A stretch of 64,000 nt of DNA from an uncultured delta proteobacterium. Its GTDB lineage: Bacteria > Myxococcota > Kuafuiibacteriia > Kuafuiibacteriales > Kuafuiibacteriaceae. A model generated the notes under the pieces. The model was not told the origin of the DNA. It worked only from the letters and a program-made list of their open reading frames with translations, and did no database searches. The translations under genes and the position numbers were made by a program. Positions 41,860 through 51,892 of the stretch are shown piece after piece; within the stretch, counting starts at the first letter, position 1; every line of letters begins with the position of its first letter. Location of the stretch: positions 160,001 through 224,000 of the forward strand of contig CAWDML010000014.1 in the NCBI GenBank assembly GCA_963803435.1. Reading direction: 5' to 3'.

Positions 41860-42981
41860 ATGAAGCTCCCGAAGCTGCCCATCAAGGTGAACTCGGCCGT
41901 CCTCCTGGTCGCGCTCTGTTTTCTGATCGTCGCCGGCGAGCTCCTCCTCGGAAACGGCGGCTTCGTGGAGATCGAGCCGGGCGAGGTCGCGGTCATCTAC
42001 AACAACACGGGGCTGTCGATCTTCGGGCCGACACAGCGCACCGTGATCGAGCAGGGCGCCCTCACCTTCATCCCGGGCATCCACACCATCGGCGTCCTCG
42101 AGCGCAAGCCGCTGGTCTTCGTGATGGCGAGCGATCCCACCAACGTCCGGGCCGGGAGCTCGGAGAGCCTCGACTTCTCGGAGCCGCTGACCGTGCGCGC
42201 GAACGACGGCTCCAACTTCTTCTTCGACCGGCTCGAGATCCACTACCAGATCAGCCCGGCGGAGGCGGCCAAGGTGATCGAGACCTCGGGCCCGGGCGAC
42301 GGCTATCGGGAGCAGCTGATCGCCACCCACGCCCGCGAGATCCTGCGCGACGAGTTCGGCCGCTACGACTTCCTCGAGATCGCGAACCCCGGCACGTACG
42401 GCGCCGCCACCACCGAGGCCAAGCGCCGCCTCAACGATCGGCTCGCCGAGTACGGCGTCACGGTCACTCAGATCGTCACGCCCAAGCCCAAGTTCGAGGC
42501 GCGCGTGGAGAAGGCCATCGAGGACCGCCAGAATGCGGAGCAAGAAGTGGAGGTCCAGGAGGAGAAGCGCCGCAAGCTGGAGCTGGAGAAGGGCCTCAAG
42601 GTGCAGAGCATCGAGCAGGGCAAGAATGCCGAGTACCAGGCCTTGATCGCCGAGCTGGAGGCCAAGAAGAAGGCCACCTCGAACCACCTGATCTCGGTCA
42701 AGCGCGAGGCGGACAAGTACGCGATCGAGCGGATCGCCGCCGGCGAGGCCTACCGGCAGGAGAAGATCACGCGCGCCAAGGCCAACGAGGTCGCCTACCG
42801 GAAGGAGGCCGAGGGCCTGGTCGCCAAGATCAGCGCAGTCGGCGCGGCCGGCCCCGACGTCCTCAACCGCATCATCGCCGAGAAGGTCTTCCCGCAGCTC
42901 GAGAACGTGAGCGCCACGCCGCTGATCAAGCCGAGCACACCGATCGACATCCGGCACATCCAGGCGGGAGACGACCAATGA
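41860..42981 (+). CDS. SPFH/Band 7 domain membrane protein with long coiled coil
   Basis: N-terminal TM, VEIEPGEVAV, SPFH-like core, EA-rich coiled coil. Confidence 0.85.
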   Translation: MKLPKLPIKVNSAVLLVALCFLIVAGELLLGNGGFVEIEPGEVAVIYNNTGLSIFGPTQRTVIEQGALTFIPGIHTIGVLERKPLVFVMASDPTNVRAGSSESLDFSEPLTVRANDGSNFFFDRLEIHYQISPAEAAKVIETSGPGDGYREQLIATHAREILRDEFGRYDFLEIANPGTYGAATTEAKRRLNDRLAEYGVTVTQIVTPKPKFEARVEKAIEDRQNAEQEVEVQEEKRRKLELEKGLKVQSIEQGKNAEYQALIAELEAKKKATSNHLISVKREADKYAIERIAAGEAYRQEKITRAKANEVAYRKEAEGLVAKISAVGAAGPDVLNRIIAEKVFPQLENVSATPLIKPSTPIDIRHIQAGDDQ

Positions 42982-44018
42982 AGCGGATCGTGTACATCCT
43001 CTGCCTGTTCTTCCTGGCGATCTGGCTCTTCCCCAAGTTCTTCCTGGTCCGCATCGAGCCCTGGGAGATCGGTGTCCGGCGCTCGCTGACCGGCGGGATC
43101 GCCGAGGAGGACTTCAGCCTCGGCTACAACTTCAGCATCCCGCTGCTCCACAGCTACTACCGGCTGCCGCGCAAGCTGCTGTATCTCGAGTACAACGAGG
43201 AGAGCACCAAGGCGGAGCAGAAGTCGCTCGAGATCCGCACCAGCGAGAACAACGTCATCTTCGTCGACGTCACGGTGCCGTACCGGATCAAGGAGGGCGA
43301 GGCCTGGAAGATCGTCCGCGAGGGCTTCCTCGACACCTATCGCTTGAAGGTCCAGTCGACGGTCACCGGCATCCTCCGGGAGAAGCTGGCCGAGATGAAC
43401 AACGTCGACATCTACAACTCGGAGAAGCGCATCCACCTGGCCGACTCGATCCTCCCCGAGCTCAACTCCGTGCTGGCGCAGTACCATGTGGTGGCCGAGC
43501 GCGTGGTGCTGCGCGCGATCCGCTTCCGGCCCGAGTACGAGCAGAAGCTCCAGGACAAGCAGTACTACGTGGTGCAGGGCCGGCTCGACGAGGCGCTCCG
43601 CAAGGAGTCGGTGGCGGTCCAGAAGACCGAGACGTTCGAGAAGTCGATCGAGAAGGAGGTCGCGCTCAAGCGCGAGGAGTGGAACGAGAAGATCGAGCAG
43701 CTCAAGACCAAGTACGAGCTCGAGATCGCCGATATCGAGGCCGAGGCGGTCCAGTACGATCGGGGCAAGCGGTCGACGGCCGACGCCAGCTTCTCGGCCG
43801 CCGAGGCCGACGGCGATCTCGCCGAGGCGAAGGCGGAGGCGCTGGGCGAGCGGCTGAAGGCGACCGCGCTGGCCAGCCAGGCGGGTCAGACCTACTCGGC
43901 CATCACCGCCGCGCAGAACTTCAAGCTGGGCAAGATCCAGCTGAATTCGAACGACCCCACGTTCCTTCAGCGTTTCGGAAGCATGGCCGCTTGGCGTAAG
44001 TTCTTCACGGGTAAGTGA
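42978..44018 (+). CDS. Second SPFH/Band 7 domain protein
   Basis: TM, VRIEPWEIGV, VDVTVPYRI, coiled coil; ATGA overlap with the previous gene. Confidence 0.85.
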   Translation: MKRIVYILCLFFLAIWLFPKFFLVRIEPWEIGVRRSLTGGIAEEDFSLGYNFSIPLLHSYYRLPRKLLYLEYNEESTKAEQKSLEIRTSENNVIFVDVTVPYRIKEGEAWKIVREGFLDTYRLKVQSTVTGILREKLAEMNNVDIYNSEKRIHLADSILPELNSVLAQYHVVAERVVLRAIRFRPEYEQKLQDKQYYVVQGRLDEALRKESVAVQKTETFEKSIEKEVALKREEWNEKIEQLKTKYELEIADIEAEAVQYDRGKRSTADASFSAAEADGDLAEAKAEALGERLKATALASQAGQTYSAITAAQNFKLGKIQLNSNDPTFLQRFGSMAAWRKFFTGK

Positions 44019-44734
44019 TGCTGTTGATCCGGGTCATGGTCCTCGCCCTCTTCCTTGTCGGCGCGCTGTTCTCGTGGCGCTGGTGGAAGGCATCGCGCAT
44101 GGTGGCTTCGGGCGGGCTGAGCACCATCGAGGTGTCCCGAATGATGAAGATCGCGGGCAAGTCGAAGCGGATGGAGGCCGCCCTGTTGATGCGGACCCGG
44201 ATCCTGGGTGAAGCGGAGCGATCGAACATGCAGGCGCTCAGCGAGCGCGTCGATCCGGTGCTCCGCAAGCTGGCACGTCAGGTCGAGCTGCGGCAGGACA
44301 TCGCCACCATCCTGTCCGAGCTCGACGAGGACAGCCTGGAGAGGCAGGTGCGAACGGCCGGCGCCGAGCTCACCGCCGCGCGCGACGAGGCAGACCGGAT
44401 CATCGCCGAGACCAAGAAGCAGCAGCTGGAGACGCAGCTCGAGCACTTGCGCGCCCTTCGCGAGCGGCGGCGGGAGCTCGAAGAGGCCGGGGATCGCATC
44501 ATCCGGGAGCTCCAGAACCTGCACCTGGCGCTGGTGAACGCGTCGGCCACGGAGGCCAAGGCGCAGCTCACCAGCGGCGACGTGCAGTCCAGCCTGGCGC
44601 AGCTCGAGGAGGCCTCTGAGGCGCTGAAGCATCGGGCGCAGGCCGAGGACGAGGTGAGCCAGCTCCTCGATCGGGCGCGGCGCGGTGCCGAAGGACAGAG
44701 CCGGTCGGCCACCCTCGAGAAGCTCAAAGATTGA
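44018..44734 (+). CDS. Single-TM coiled-coil protein
   Basis: N-terminal TM followed by long helical heptads; TGATG coupling to the SPFH gene. Confidence 0.75.
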   Translation: MLLIRVMVLALFLVGALFSWRWWKASRMVASGGLSTIEVSRMMKIAGKSKRMEAALLMRTRILGEAERSNMQALSERVDPVLRKLARQVELRQDIATILSELDEDSLERQVRTAGAELTAARDEADRIIAETKKQQLETQLEHLRALRERRRELEEAGDRIIRELQNLHLALVNASATEAKAQLTSGDVQSSLAQLEEASEALKHRAQAEDEVSQLLDRARRGAEGQSRSATLEKLKD

Positions 44735-46100
44735 GCGCGTGCAGGTCCGTGTAGATCGCCGTGCGCGTGTTGCCGAACCCGAACAGGATCCGGCGCCGCG
44801 CCGGGTCGTAGGCGGCCGCGCACCCGCTTCGCGGCGGGGGCTCGCCGGCAATGTCGACGCGTGTCCACGATTCGAACCCACGGTCGAGATCGAGCGCGTA
44901 AAGGCCGGGCGTCACCGTCATGAGGTCCGGCGTCCCGCCCCACACGAACATCCGATGGCCGATCGGATCGATCGCCGAGCAGGAGTTGCGCCGTCCGGGG
45001 ATCGCGTCGCCCGCGCTCGGCAGCTTCACCCAGCGCAGCGGATCCCCGCCGAGCTCGAGCGCCCAGGCATCGTCGGCGGGATTGACCGGGTTGGCCGCCG
45101 TCGGGTCCTGGCCGCCGCTGAAGATGATCATCCGCTCGTTGGGTTCGTCATAGCCGGAGGCGAAGCCGTAGCGGCCCGAGGGCACGGCACCACCGTCCGC
45201 TTCGACCGCCGGTTCTTCCCAGCTGCCCGACGCGGGATCGAACACGTCCACCCGGCAGTGAAGCGCCGAGTTCGAGATCCCGCAGGCGTAGACGTAGCGA
45301 CCGCTCTTCGAGTCGTAGAGAAAGGCGCCCGCTTCGGAGGCGGCCGGCGGCGCGTTGGTGCTCTCGACCGGCGTGAGCTCGACGATCTCGCCGCCGTAGT
45401 CGAGGCGAAGCATGGTGAACGTCGTGCCGCTCCCCGCCCAACCCGAGAGGCTGTCGACGAACAGCGCCGCCGGCTCGTTCGGGATCGCCGACACCGGACC
45501 GGACTCCAGGATCGGGGTATCGCTGTGCGGGCTCAGCAGGTCCCACTTCGAGGCCTCGGGTAGATACGCCCAGAGATCGTCGAGCGGACCGTTCGGCGAG
45601 ACGCCGCCGTAGATGAGGAGCCGATCCGGATCGTCGATGTCGAACCACATGCTGGCGAACTGCCGCGGCTTGGGCGCCATCATCGTGCCCGAGTCCCAGC
45701 TGGCGACGCTCGACCAGGACAGCGGCGTCAGCGAGACCGGGATCGCGCTCTCCACCCGTTGCTCATCGCACACCGCCGTCACCGCCAGCGTGGGCTCGCC
45801 CGAGGCGGAGTACGGGACACGGACCGAGATCCGCGAAGGATTGGAGTCGTCGAGGCGCCACCCGTCGGGCACGCCCACCTCGATTCGCGCGCCCTCCGGC
45901 GGCGACAAGGTCAGCTCGAGGCGCCCGCCCGGGCTCGCCGTGAGGCTGTCGGGGAGCACGCCGGGCGCGCAGACCGGGGGCGCGGCGTCAGGCTGCTCCT
46001 GGACGCCGGCATCCTCACGCGGGCCGAGGGGATCGACGCCGGTCGCGCAGGCGAGGACGCCGGGAAAGAGCAGGATCGGAGCGATCGAGCGAGAGCGCAT
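44724..46100 (-). CDS. Kelch-repeat lipoprotein
   Basis: Lipobox LAC; repeats LLIYGG, IIFSGG, FVWGG, PxPR...YDP. Confidence 0.82.
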   Translation of the reverse strand: MRSRSIAPILLFPGVLACATGVDPLGPREDAGVQEQPDAAPPVCAPGVLPDSLTASPGGRLELTLSPPEGARIEVGVPDGWRLDDSNPSRISVRVPYSASGEPTLAVTAVCDEQRVESAIPVSLTPLSWSSVASWDSGTMMAPKPRQFASMWFDIDDPDRLLIYGGVSPNGPLDDLWAYLPEASKWDLLSPHSDTPILESGPVSAIPNEPAALFVDSLSGWAGSGTTFTMLRLDYGGEIVELTPVESTNAPPAASEAGAFLYDSKSGRYVYACGISNSALHCRVDVFDPASGSWEEPAVEADGGAVPSGRYGFASGYDEPNERMIIFSGGQDPTAANPVNPADDAWALELGGDPLRWVKLPSAGDAIPGRRNSCSAIDPIGHRMFVWGGTPDLMTVTPGLYALDLDRGFESWTRVDIAGEPPPRSGCAAAYDPARRRILFGFGNTRTAIYTDLHALNL

Positions 46101-46205
46101 GGTGCGGGACTCTAGGTCGCGCCGGCGGGCGTCGCTCTGCGGTTCGTGCGGATCCCTCGGCGAATGATGCGGTCAGCGCGCGCGTCGAGGGCTCGGGCGA
46201 CGAGC

Positions 46206-47459
46206 TCACGCGCTCTTCTGCTCCTCTTCGTACGTGAGCAGCGGCGGCTCCTGCTTCTCGATGACCTCCTTGGTGATCCGACACTCCTTCACGCCCGGCA
46301 GGAACGGGACCTCGTACATGATGTCGAGCATCTGGTTCTCGAGGATGGCGCGCATCCCGCGGGCACCGGACTCGCGGCGGATCGCCTCCTTGGCGATGGC
46401 GACCAGCGCGGGCTTGGTGAAGGAGAGCTTCACGTCCTCCAGGTTGAAGAGCTTCTGGTACTGCTTCACCAGCGCGTTCTTCGGCTTCGTGAGGATCGTG
46501 ACCAGATCCTCCTCGGTCAGGTCCTGCAGCGTGGCGATGATCGGGAGGCGGCCCACGAACTCCGGGATCAGGCCGAACTTCACCAGATCGTCGGCTTCGA
46601 CCTGCTCGAGGATCTCCCCAAGACGCCGCTCCTTCTTGTTCTCGATGGTGGCGCCGAAGCCGATGCCGCTCTTGCCCACGCGGCGCCCGATGATCTGATC
46701 GAGGCCGACGAAGGCCCCACCGACGATGAACAGGATGCTGTTGGTGTCGACCTGCACGTACTCCTGCTGCGAGTACTTCTTGGTACCGCGCGGCGCGACG
46801 CTGCACTTCGTACCCTCGAGGATCTTGAGGAGGCCTTGCTGCACCCCCTCCCCGGAGACGTCACGGGTGGCCGAGGGGTGGTCGCCCTTTCGGGCGATCT
46901 TGTCGATCTCGTCGATGTAGACGATGCCCTTCTGGGCGCGCTCGATGTCGTTGTCGGCCGCGGCCAGCAGGTTCTGGATGATGGACTCGACATCCTCGCC
47001 GACGTAGCCCGCCTCGGTCAGGGTGGTGGCGTCGGCGACCGTGAACGGGACCTTCAAGAACTTCGCCAGCGACTGGGCCAAGAGAGTCTTGCCCGTGCCG
47101 GTCGGTCCGATCAGCAGGATGTTGGACTTCTGGATCTCGATCCCGTCCGAGACCTCGCGGAGCCCGATCCGCTTGTAGTGGTTGTAGACGGCCACCGCGA
47201 GGACCTTCTTCGCGTTCTCCTGACCGATGACATACTCGTCGAGGTACGCCTTGATCTCGGTGGGGGGTGGAATGCGCTCCTTGGGACCGAGCGCGCTGTC
47301 CTTCAGCTTTTCCTCGGCGATGATGTCGTTGCAGAGGCGGATGCACTCGTCGCAGATATAGACGGTCGGGCCCGCGATGAGCTTCTTGACCTCGCGCTGG
47401 CTCTTGCCGCAGAAAGAGCAGGAAAGGTTGATGTTGCGACTGTCCCGGCGAGTGCTCAC
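46206..47459 (-). CDS. clpX: ATP-dependent Clp protease ATPase subunit
   Basis: Zn finger CSFCGK...[33 protein letters not shown] loop, GARG. Confidence 0.97.
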   Translation of the reverse strand: MSTRRDSRNINLSCSFCGKSQREVKKLIAGPTVYICDECIRLCNDIIAEEKLKDSALGPKERIPPPTEIKAYLDEYVIGQENAKKVLAVAVYNHYKRIGLREVSDGIEIQKSNILLIGPTGTGKTLLAQSLAKFLKVPFTVADATTLTEAGYVGEDVESIIQNLLAAADNDIERAQKGIVYIDEIDKIARKGDHPSATRDVSGEGVQQGLLKILEGTKCSVAPRGTKKYSQQEYVQVDTNSILFIVGGAFVGLDQIIGRRVGKSGIGFGATIENKKERRLGEILEQVEADDLVKFGLIPEFVGRLPIIATLQDLTEEDLVTILTKPKNALVKQYQKLFNLEDVKLSFTKPALVAIAKEAIRRESGARGMRAILENQMLDIMYEVPFLPGVKECRITKEVIEKQEPPLLTYEEEQKSA

Positions 47460-47546
47460 GCTTCATGCAGGGTAGCGCGCACCGTCGGGGCGCTCAATGT
47501 CGATCCGCCACGACAAATTGACGTCGTCCGAGCGGCGATCCCTCGC

Positions 47547-47575
47547 TTGACAGGCCCAAGCCCGGTTGATAGCAA
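47547..47575 (+). promoter_or_regulatory. Putative sigma-70 promoter for the TPR gene
   Basis: TTGACA-17 nt-TAGCAA with TG before the -10; RBS GGAGG before the ATG at 47607. Confidence 0.55.
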
Positions 47576-47606
47576 CGCGAAATCCCTGAGGTTTTCGGGA
47601 GGGTTC

Positions 47607-49244
47607 ATGGGTCAAAACCAATCGAAGTCCGCCGCCTCCGACGCGCTCGCCGAGGATGAAGCACCGCAGCGCTCCACATCTTTCGCGCGCTTCCTGCTCG
47701 ACATCGCGATCATCGGCGGCCTGCTCGGCGGCGGGGTCTTCTTCTACAACAAGCACATCACCACCAAGAATGCGGTGCAAAAGCTCTCGTCCGAAGGTCG
47801 AGACCTGATGAAGAAGGACGACCTCGTGAGCCTCAAGGCGGCCGAGGTGAAGTACAAGGAGATCCTGGAGCTCGATCCCGACAACGGGCGCGGCCTCTCG
47901 GGCCTCGGCGAGGTGTACTTCCACATGGCGATGCAGGGCGACGACACGCTCGGCAAGTCGAAGGAGTACATCCAGCGCGCCATCGAGGAGAACGCGGAGA
48001 CCCCCTCCCGCTACGCCGTCCCTGCCTACCTCAAGATCGTCGAGGGCAACGCCGCCGCCGCCGAGGTCGAGGTCAAGCAGCTGCTCGACGACGGCATCGC
48101 CTCGCCGAAGCTCGCCCACGCGTACGGGTGGGCGCTGGCCGAGCAGGGCAAGTACATCGAGGCGAACCGGATCCTCCGCCAGGCGCAGGACACCGACTTC
48201 TCCGCGGTCGCGTTCCGCCTGACCCTGGCCGAAGTCGCGCACCGCCAGGGCCAGGAACGGGCGGCCGTGCGCCACCTGGACGGCGCCACCGCCAGCAACA
48301 TGAATCCGAACCACTACCTGGCGCAGGCGTGGGAGGCGGCCCTCAGGCTCAAGAACTTCGGCAACCTCAGCGATCCGGGCAAGACGATCGAGGAGCTGAA
48401 AGCCGCCGAGAGCGAGGGGAAGCTCAGCAAGAAGGCTGTCGGCTACCTGCGCTGGGCCGAAGGCGAGCTCGCCCTGGCGCTGCTCAACATCGACGGCGCG
48501 CTGGTCAAGGCCGACGAGGCCCTCAAGATCGATCCCAAGTTCCCGCCCTTCGTCGAGTTCAAGGCCCGCGCCCTGACCTTGGGCCGGAAGAAGACCCAGA
48601 AGCACGAAGGCATGGCGCTCTACGAGCAGGTGATCGGGATGAAGCCCGAATACCAGGGCTTCAAGTGGGCCCTCGCCGAGCTGAAGAGCAAGAACAAGGA
48701 CGACGGCGCGCTCGCGCTCATCGACGGCCTCGAGAAGAGCTACCAGGGCACCAAGGGGCCCGAGTTCGAGATTTTTCGGGGCGAGCACTACCTGCGGAAG
48801 GGCGAGCTCGAGAAGGCCAAGGAGCACTTCACCAAGGCCGCCGATCTCGGCGACACCGCGCAGATCCTCTTCGGTCTGGCGAAGGTCACGTTCGAGGAGG
48901 AGAAGGCCAAGGGCAACAAGGCCGACCTCGATCGCGTGGGCGAGGCCTTCCAGCAGGTGGCGGAGAAGCAGAACACGTATCCCGAGCTTCACGAGTACCT
49001 GGGCGAGATCAGCCTGTGGAACTTCGTCGTGGACGCCGCGGCCGCCTCCTATGCCACGGCCGAGCAGCAGTACAAGGCACAGAAGCGGCCGATCCCCGAG
49101 GTCTTCCAGTTCTACGACCGCGTCGTGAAGTCGTTCAATCACGTCAAGGAGAGGAAGATCCGAGGCGCGTGCGCGGCCAAGGCGAAGGAGTGGAAGACCA
49201 AGCAGCAGGACTACATCAGCTCGCTCCTGAGCCAGGAGCAGTGA
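47607..49244 (+). CDS. Membrane-anchored TPR protein
   Basis: N-terminal TM (IAIIGGLLGGGVFFY) followed by multiple TPR-like helices. Confidence 0.82.
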   Translation: MGQNQSKSAASDALAEDEAPQRSTSFARFLLDIAIIGGLLGGGVFFYNKHITTKNAVQKLSSEGRDLMKKDDLVSLKAAEVKYKEILELDPDNGRGLSGLGEVYFHMAMQGDDTLGKSKEYIQRAIEENAETPSRYAVPAYLKIVEGNAAAAEVEVKQLLDDGIASPKLAHAYGWALAEQGKYIEANRILRQAQDTDFSAVAFRLTLAEVAHRQGQERAAVRHLDGATASNMNPNHYLAQAWEAALRLKNFGNLSDPGKTIEELKAAESEGKLSKKAVGYLRWAEGELALALLNIDGALVKADEALKIDPKFPPFVEFKARALTLGRKKTQKHEGMALYEQVIGMKPEYQGFKWALAELKSKNKDDGALALIDGLEKSYQGTKGPEFEIFRGEHYLRKGELEKAKEHFTKAADLGDTAQILFGLAKVTFEEEKAKGNKADLDRVGEAFQQVAEKQNTYPELHEYLGEISLWNFVVDAAAASYATAEQQYKAQKRPIPEVFQFYDRVVKSFNHVKERKIRGACAAKAKEWKTKQQDYISSLLSQEQ

Positions 49245-49681
49245 GAGCTCTCCTGCCCTTCGCGCTCCTGGCGGTCGCCGTGGGCGGCTGCAAGAAGAAG
49301 AGCGACCGCGACCTCATCGACGCGATCCTCGATCAGACCATTCAGGCCGCCAACGACCGGCACGCCGGCGAGGTGGTGGCGCACGCAGCGGACGACTTCA
49401 AGGGTCCGATGGGCGCCGACCTCCACGAGTGCCGCCGGATCCTGACCGGCTACTTCCTCCAGCACGGTTGGGTTCGCGTGTTCGAGCAGAGCCGCACGAT
49501 TGACGTGAAGGACACCTCGGCGACCGTCGCGCTCGAGGTCGTGGTCGCGGTGGGCCGCAAGGTCGAGAAGCTCGAAGATCTGCTCCCCACCGACGGCTCA
49601 CACCTGCGGTTCGACGTCGCGATGGAGAAGCGCGACGGCGAGTGGAGATTCGCGACCGCCAGCTACACCCGGGTGCACTGA
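49241..49681 (+). CDS. NTF2/SnoaL-like lipoprotein
   Basis: Lipobox VGGC; C-terminal KRDGEWRF typical of NTF2-like folds; GTGA overlap. Confidence 0.7.
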   Translation: MRALLPFALLAVAVGGCKKKSDRDLIDAILDQTIQAANDRHAGEVVAHAADDFKGPMGADLHECRRILTGYFLQHGWVRVFEQSRTIDVKDTSATVALEVVVAVGRKVEKLEDLLPTDGSHLRFDVAMEKRDGEWRFATASYTRVH

Positions 49682-49683
49682 GC

Positions 49684-50520
49684 TCACGAACCCTGCTGCC
49701 GCGCCTCGCGCTCCTTCATGATGCGGATGACCTCGGCCGCGGTCTCTTCGACCGCGCGGCCCGAGGTATCGACGACCGGCCAGGTGGGATGGCGGGCGTA
49801 GAACTCGCGGCACCACCGGAGCTCCCGGGCGATGTTCTCGCGGGCTGCGTACTCGGCGTCGGGTGGAAGGCCGAGCTGCCGCAAGCGCTGGTGACGGACA
49901 CGGACCAGCGAGTTGAGGTCGATGATGAGGGCGTAGATCTTCTCCTGGTCGATCTCGAACAGCTCCTTGGGCGCCGGGATCTCGGGGACCAGTGGGACGT
50001 TCGCTACCCGGTAGCCCTTGTGGGCGAGGTACATCGACAGCGGCGTCTTCGAGGTCCGCGAGAGGCCGATCAGGATCATGTCGGCCCGGTGGAGGTTCTG
50101 AGGTGACTGACCGTCGTCGCTCTTCACCGCGAACTCGACCGCCTCGATCCGCCGGAAGTACTCGGCGTCGAGCTGGTGCTGGATGCCCGGCGTCAACAGC
50201 GGCTGCGCGGCCAGGAACGTGGTCAGCTTCAGGACCAGGCCGCCGATCAGGTCGGCGCACTCGATGTTGAGCTCGCGGGCGGTGTTCTGGATCAGGTCGC
50301 GATGCTCCGGATCGATCACCGTGTAGACGACGAAGGCGTGCTCTCGGTGGGCTCGCTCCATCAGCTCCCGGATCTCGAACTTGGAGCGGACGCGGGTGAA
50401 GGTTTGGCTCTCGACGTCGATCCCGCGGAACTGCGTCAACGCGGCCGTCGCCACCTTCTCCGCCGTCTCCCCGGTACCGTCCGCAAGGATGAACACTTTG
50501 TGTGTTCGGTCCCCCTCCAC
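49684..50520 (-). CDS. PEP synthase/PPDK regulatory kinase-pyrophosphorylase (DUF299)
   Basis: DGTGETA, YFRRIEAVEFAVKSDDG, GLSRTSKTPLS, ANVP, VEETA. Confidence 0.93.
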   Translation of the reverse strand: MEGDRTHKVFILADGTGETAEKVATAALTQFRGIDVESQTFTRVRSKFEIRELMERAHREHAFVVYTVIDPEHRDLIQNTARELNIECADLIGGLVLKLTTFLAAQPLLTPGIQHQLDAEYFRRIEAVEFAVKSDDGQSPQNLHRADMILIGLSRTSKTPLSMYLAHKGYRVANVPLVPEIPAPKELFEIDQEKIYALIIDLNSLVRVRHQRLRQLGLPPDAEYAARENIARELRWCREFYARHPTWPVVDTSGRAVEETAAEVIRIMKEREARQQGS

Positions 50521-50593
50521 GATGTGCGTTCCCTCGCTCGGGCGGGGGTGCGGAGTCAAATGGCAAAGCCCATGGTAGAGTCCCGCCGACCTC

Positions 50594-51337
50594 ATGCCCC
50601 GACTCGTGAAACGCCTCCCGCTCGCCCTCCTCGTCGCCGCCTTCGTACTGATGGCGCGCCCCGAGCCCGCCCACGCCCTCTCCGGACTGTATCTGTCGCT
50701 CGGCCTCGGATACGGCACGTTTACGGGCGACCAGTTCGTGGTGCACGAGACCGAAGGGTCCGGCGACATGCCCGACTACGATCCCGATCGCTGCTGCCCC
50801 GGCCCGGGCCTGGCCGCGCAGTTCCGCCTCGGGTTCTCGATCTTCGGCTTTGCCGCGCCCGAGTTCGGGATCCTCGGAGACGGCTGGGGCGTGGGCTCCA
50901 ACGGAACCGGCGGATCCGGCTTTGTGGGCGGCGGCATCCGGCTGTTCCCGATCCACTTTCTGAGCCTGTTCGGGCTCGACGACTCGGGCTTCCCGATCGA
51001 CGGCGGCATCGGCGTCCTGTTCGGCTACGCGATCGCAGGCAAGGACTTCGCGTACACCGGCACGTTCTGGGACGTCGACTTCCACGTCGACTTCAAGCTG
51101 GCCTCGTTCTTCTCGATCGGCGTGAAGCTCGACATCGTGCTCCCGAAGTACGGCGCGTTCGTCTACACCGACTACAAGAACAACCGCGGCCGCTGCTCCG
51201 ACAACGGCACGCAGGACATTCCGGGAGGCGTGCTCGACAAGGGCGACGCCAACTGCACCGGCGACGGTCCCAAGACCACGCTCCTGTCGCCGCAGATCTA
51301 CCTCACGTTCCACTTCGACCCCCTGAGCACCGACTGA
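50594..51337 (+). CDS. Outer-membrane beta-barrel-like protein
   Basis: Signal peptide AHA, amphipathic strands, Cys-containing loops, near-terminal YLTFHF. Confidence 0.65.
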   Translation: MPRLVKRLPLALLVAAFVLMARPEPAHALSGLYLSLGLGYGTFTGDQFVVHETEGSGDMPDYDPDRCCPGPGLAAQFRLGFSIFGFAAPEFGILGDGWGVGSNGTGGSGFVGGGIRLFPIHFLSLFGLDDSGFPIDGGIGVLFGYAIAGKDFAYTGTFWDVDFHVDFKLASFFSIGVKLDIVLPKYGAFVYTDYKNNRGRCSDNGTQDIPGGVLDKGDANCTGDGPKTTLLSPQIYLTFHFDPLSTD

Positions 51338-51892
51338 ATGGACGACGCCCGATCGTTGATGGGCGCACACCCGGACCCGCCCGTCCGATCGCTCCCGGCT
51401 CGCGTGGTCCGGCGCATCGGTCGCGAGATCGTCTGGTTCTTCGTCGTCCTCATGGAGGCCGGCCACCGCTTCGGCCGAGTGCTGCTCGGGACCGAGTATC
51501 GGGTCACCGGCGCCTGCCAGAAGCGCGGCGCCTGCTGCCACCACATCCTGCTCGAGTGGTCCGGCTGGCTCGATCGCTTCCCGCTCCTGGGACGGATCGT
51601 GCTCTGGAAGCTCACCCGCTTCTACGACTTCTACGACCGCGGCTACTCGTGGGAGGTGCAGGACGGTCTGCTGGCCCGCGTGCTCGGCTGCCATGCGCTG
51701 CTCCCCGACGGGCGCTGCGGCGTGTATCGCCTGCGCCCGATGGTCTGCCGCACCTATCCGGAGGTACCGCTCATGGGCCGGCCGATGGTCCTCAAGGGCT
51801 GCGGCTACACGTTCGAGCGCCGCGACGGCAAGGCGGAGGATCCAGAGTTGGTGCAGATCGGGAAGCCGACCCGGCTCACCCGTTCTTCTTGA
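51338..51892 (+). CDS. YkgJ-family cysteine cluster protein
   Basis: CQKRGACC, CHAL...CGVYRLRPMVCRTYP. Confidence 0.82.
   Translation: MDDARSLMGAHPDPPVRSLPARVVRRIGREIVWFFVVLMEAGHRFGRVLLGTEYRVTGACQKRGACCHHILLEWSGWLDRFPLLGRIVLWKLTRFYDFYDRGYSWEVQDGLLARVLGCHALLPDGRCGVYRLRPMVCRTYPEVPLMGRPMVLKGCGYTFERRDGKAEDPELVQIGKPTRLTRSS

Noticed and set aside
41635-46100. Genomic island integrated at tRNA-Gln/Glu
   Set aside because: No integrase, no duplicated tRNA 3' end seen, and downstream codon use matches the host.
46146-49244. 1032-aa ORF overlapping clpX antisense
   Set aside because: The N-terminal half is the stop-free antisense shadow of clpX; promoter, RBS and ATG support a start at 47607.
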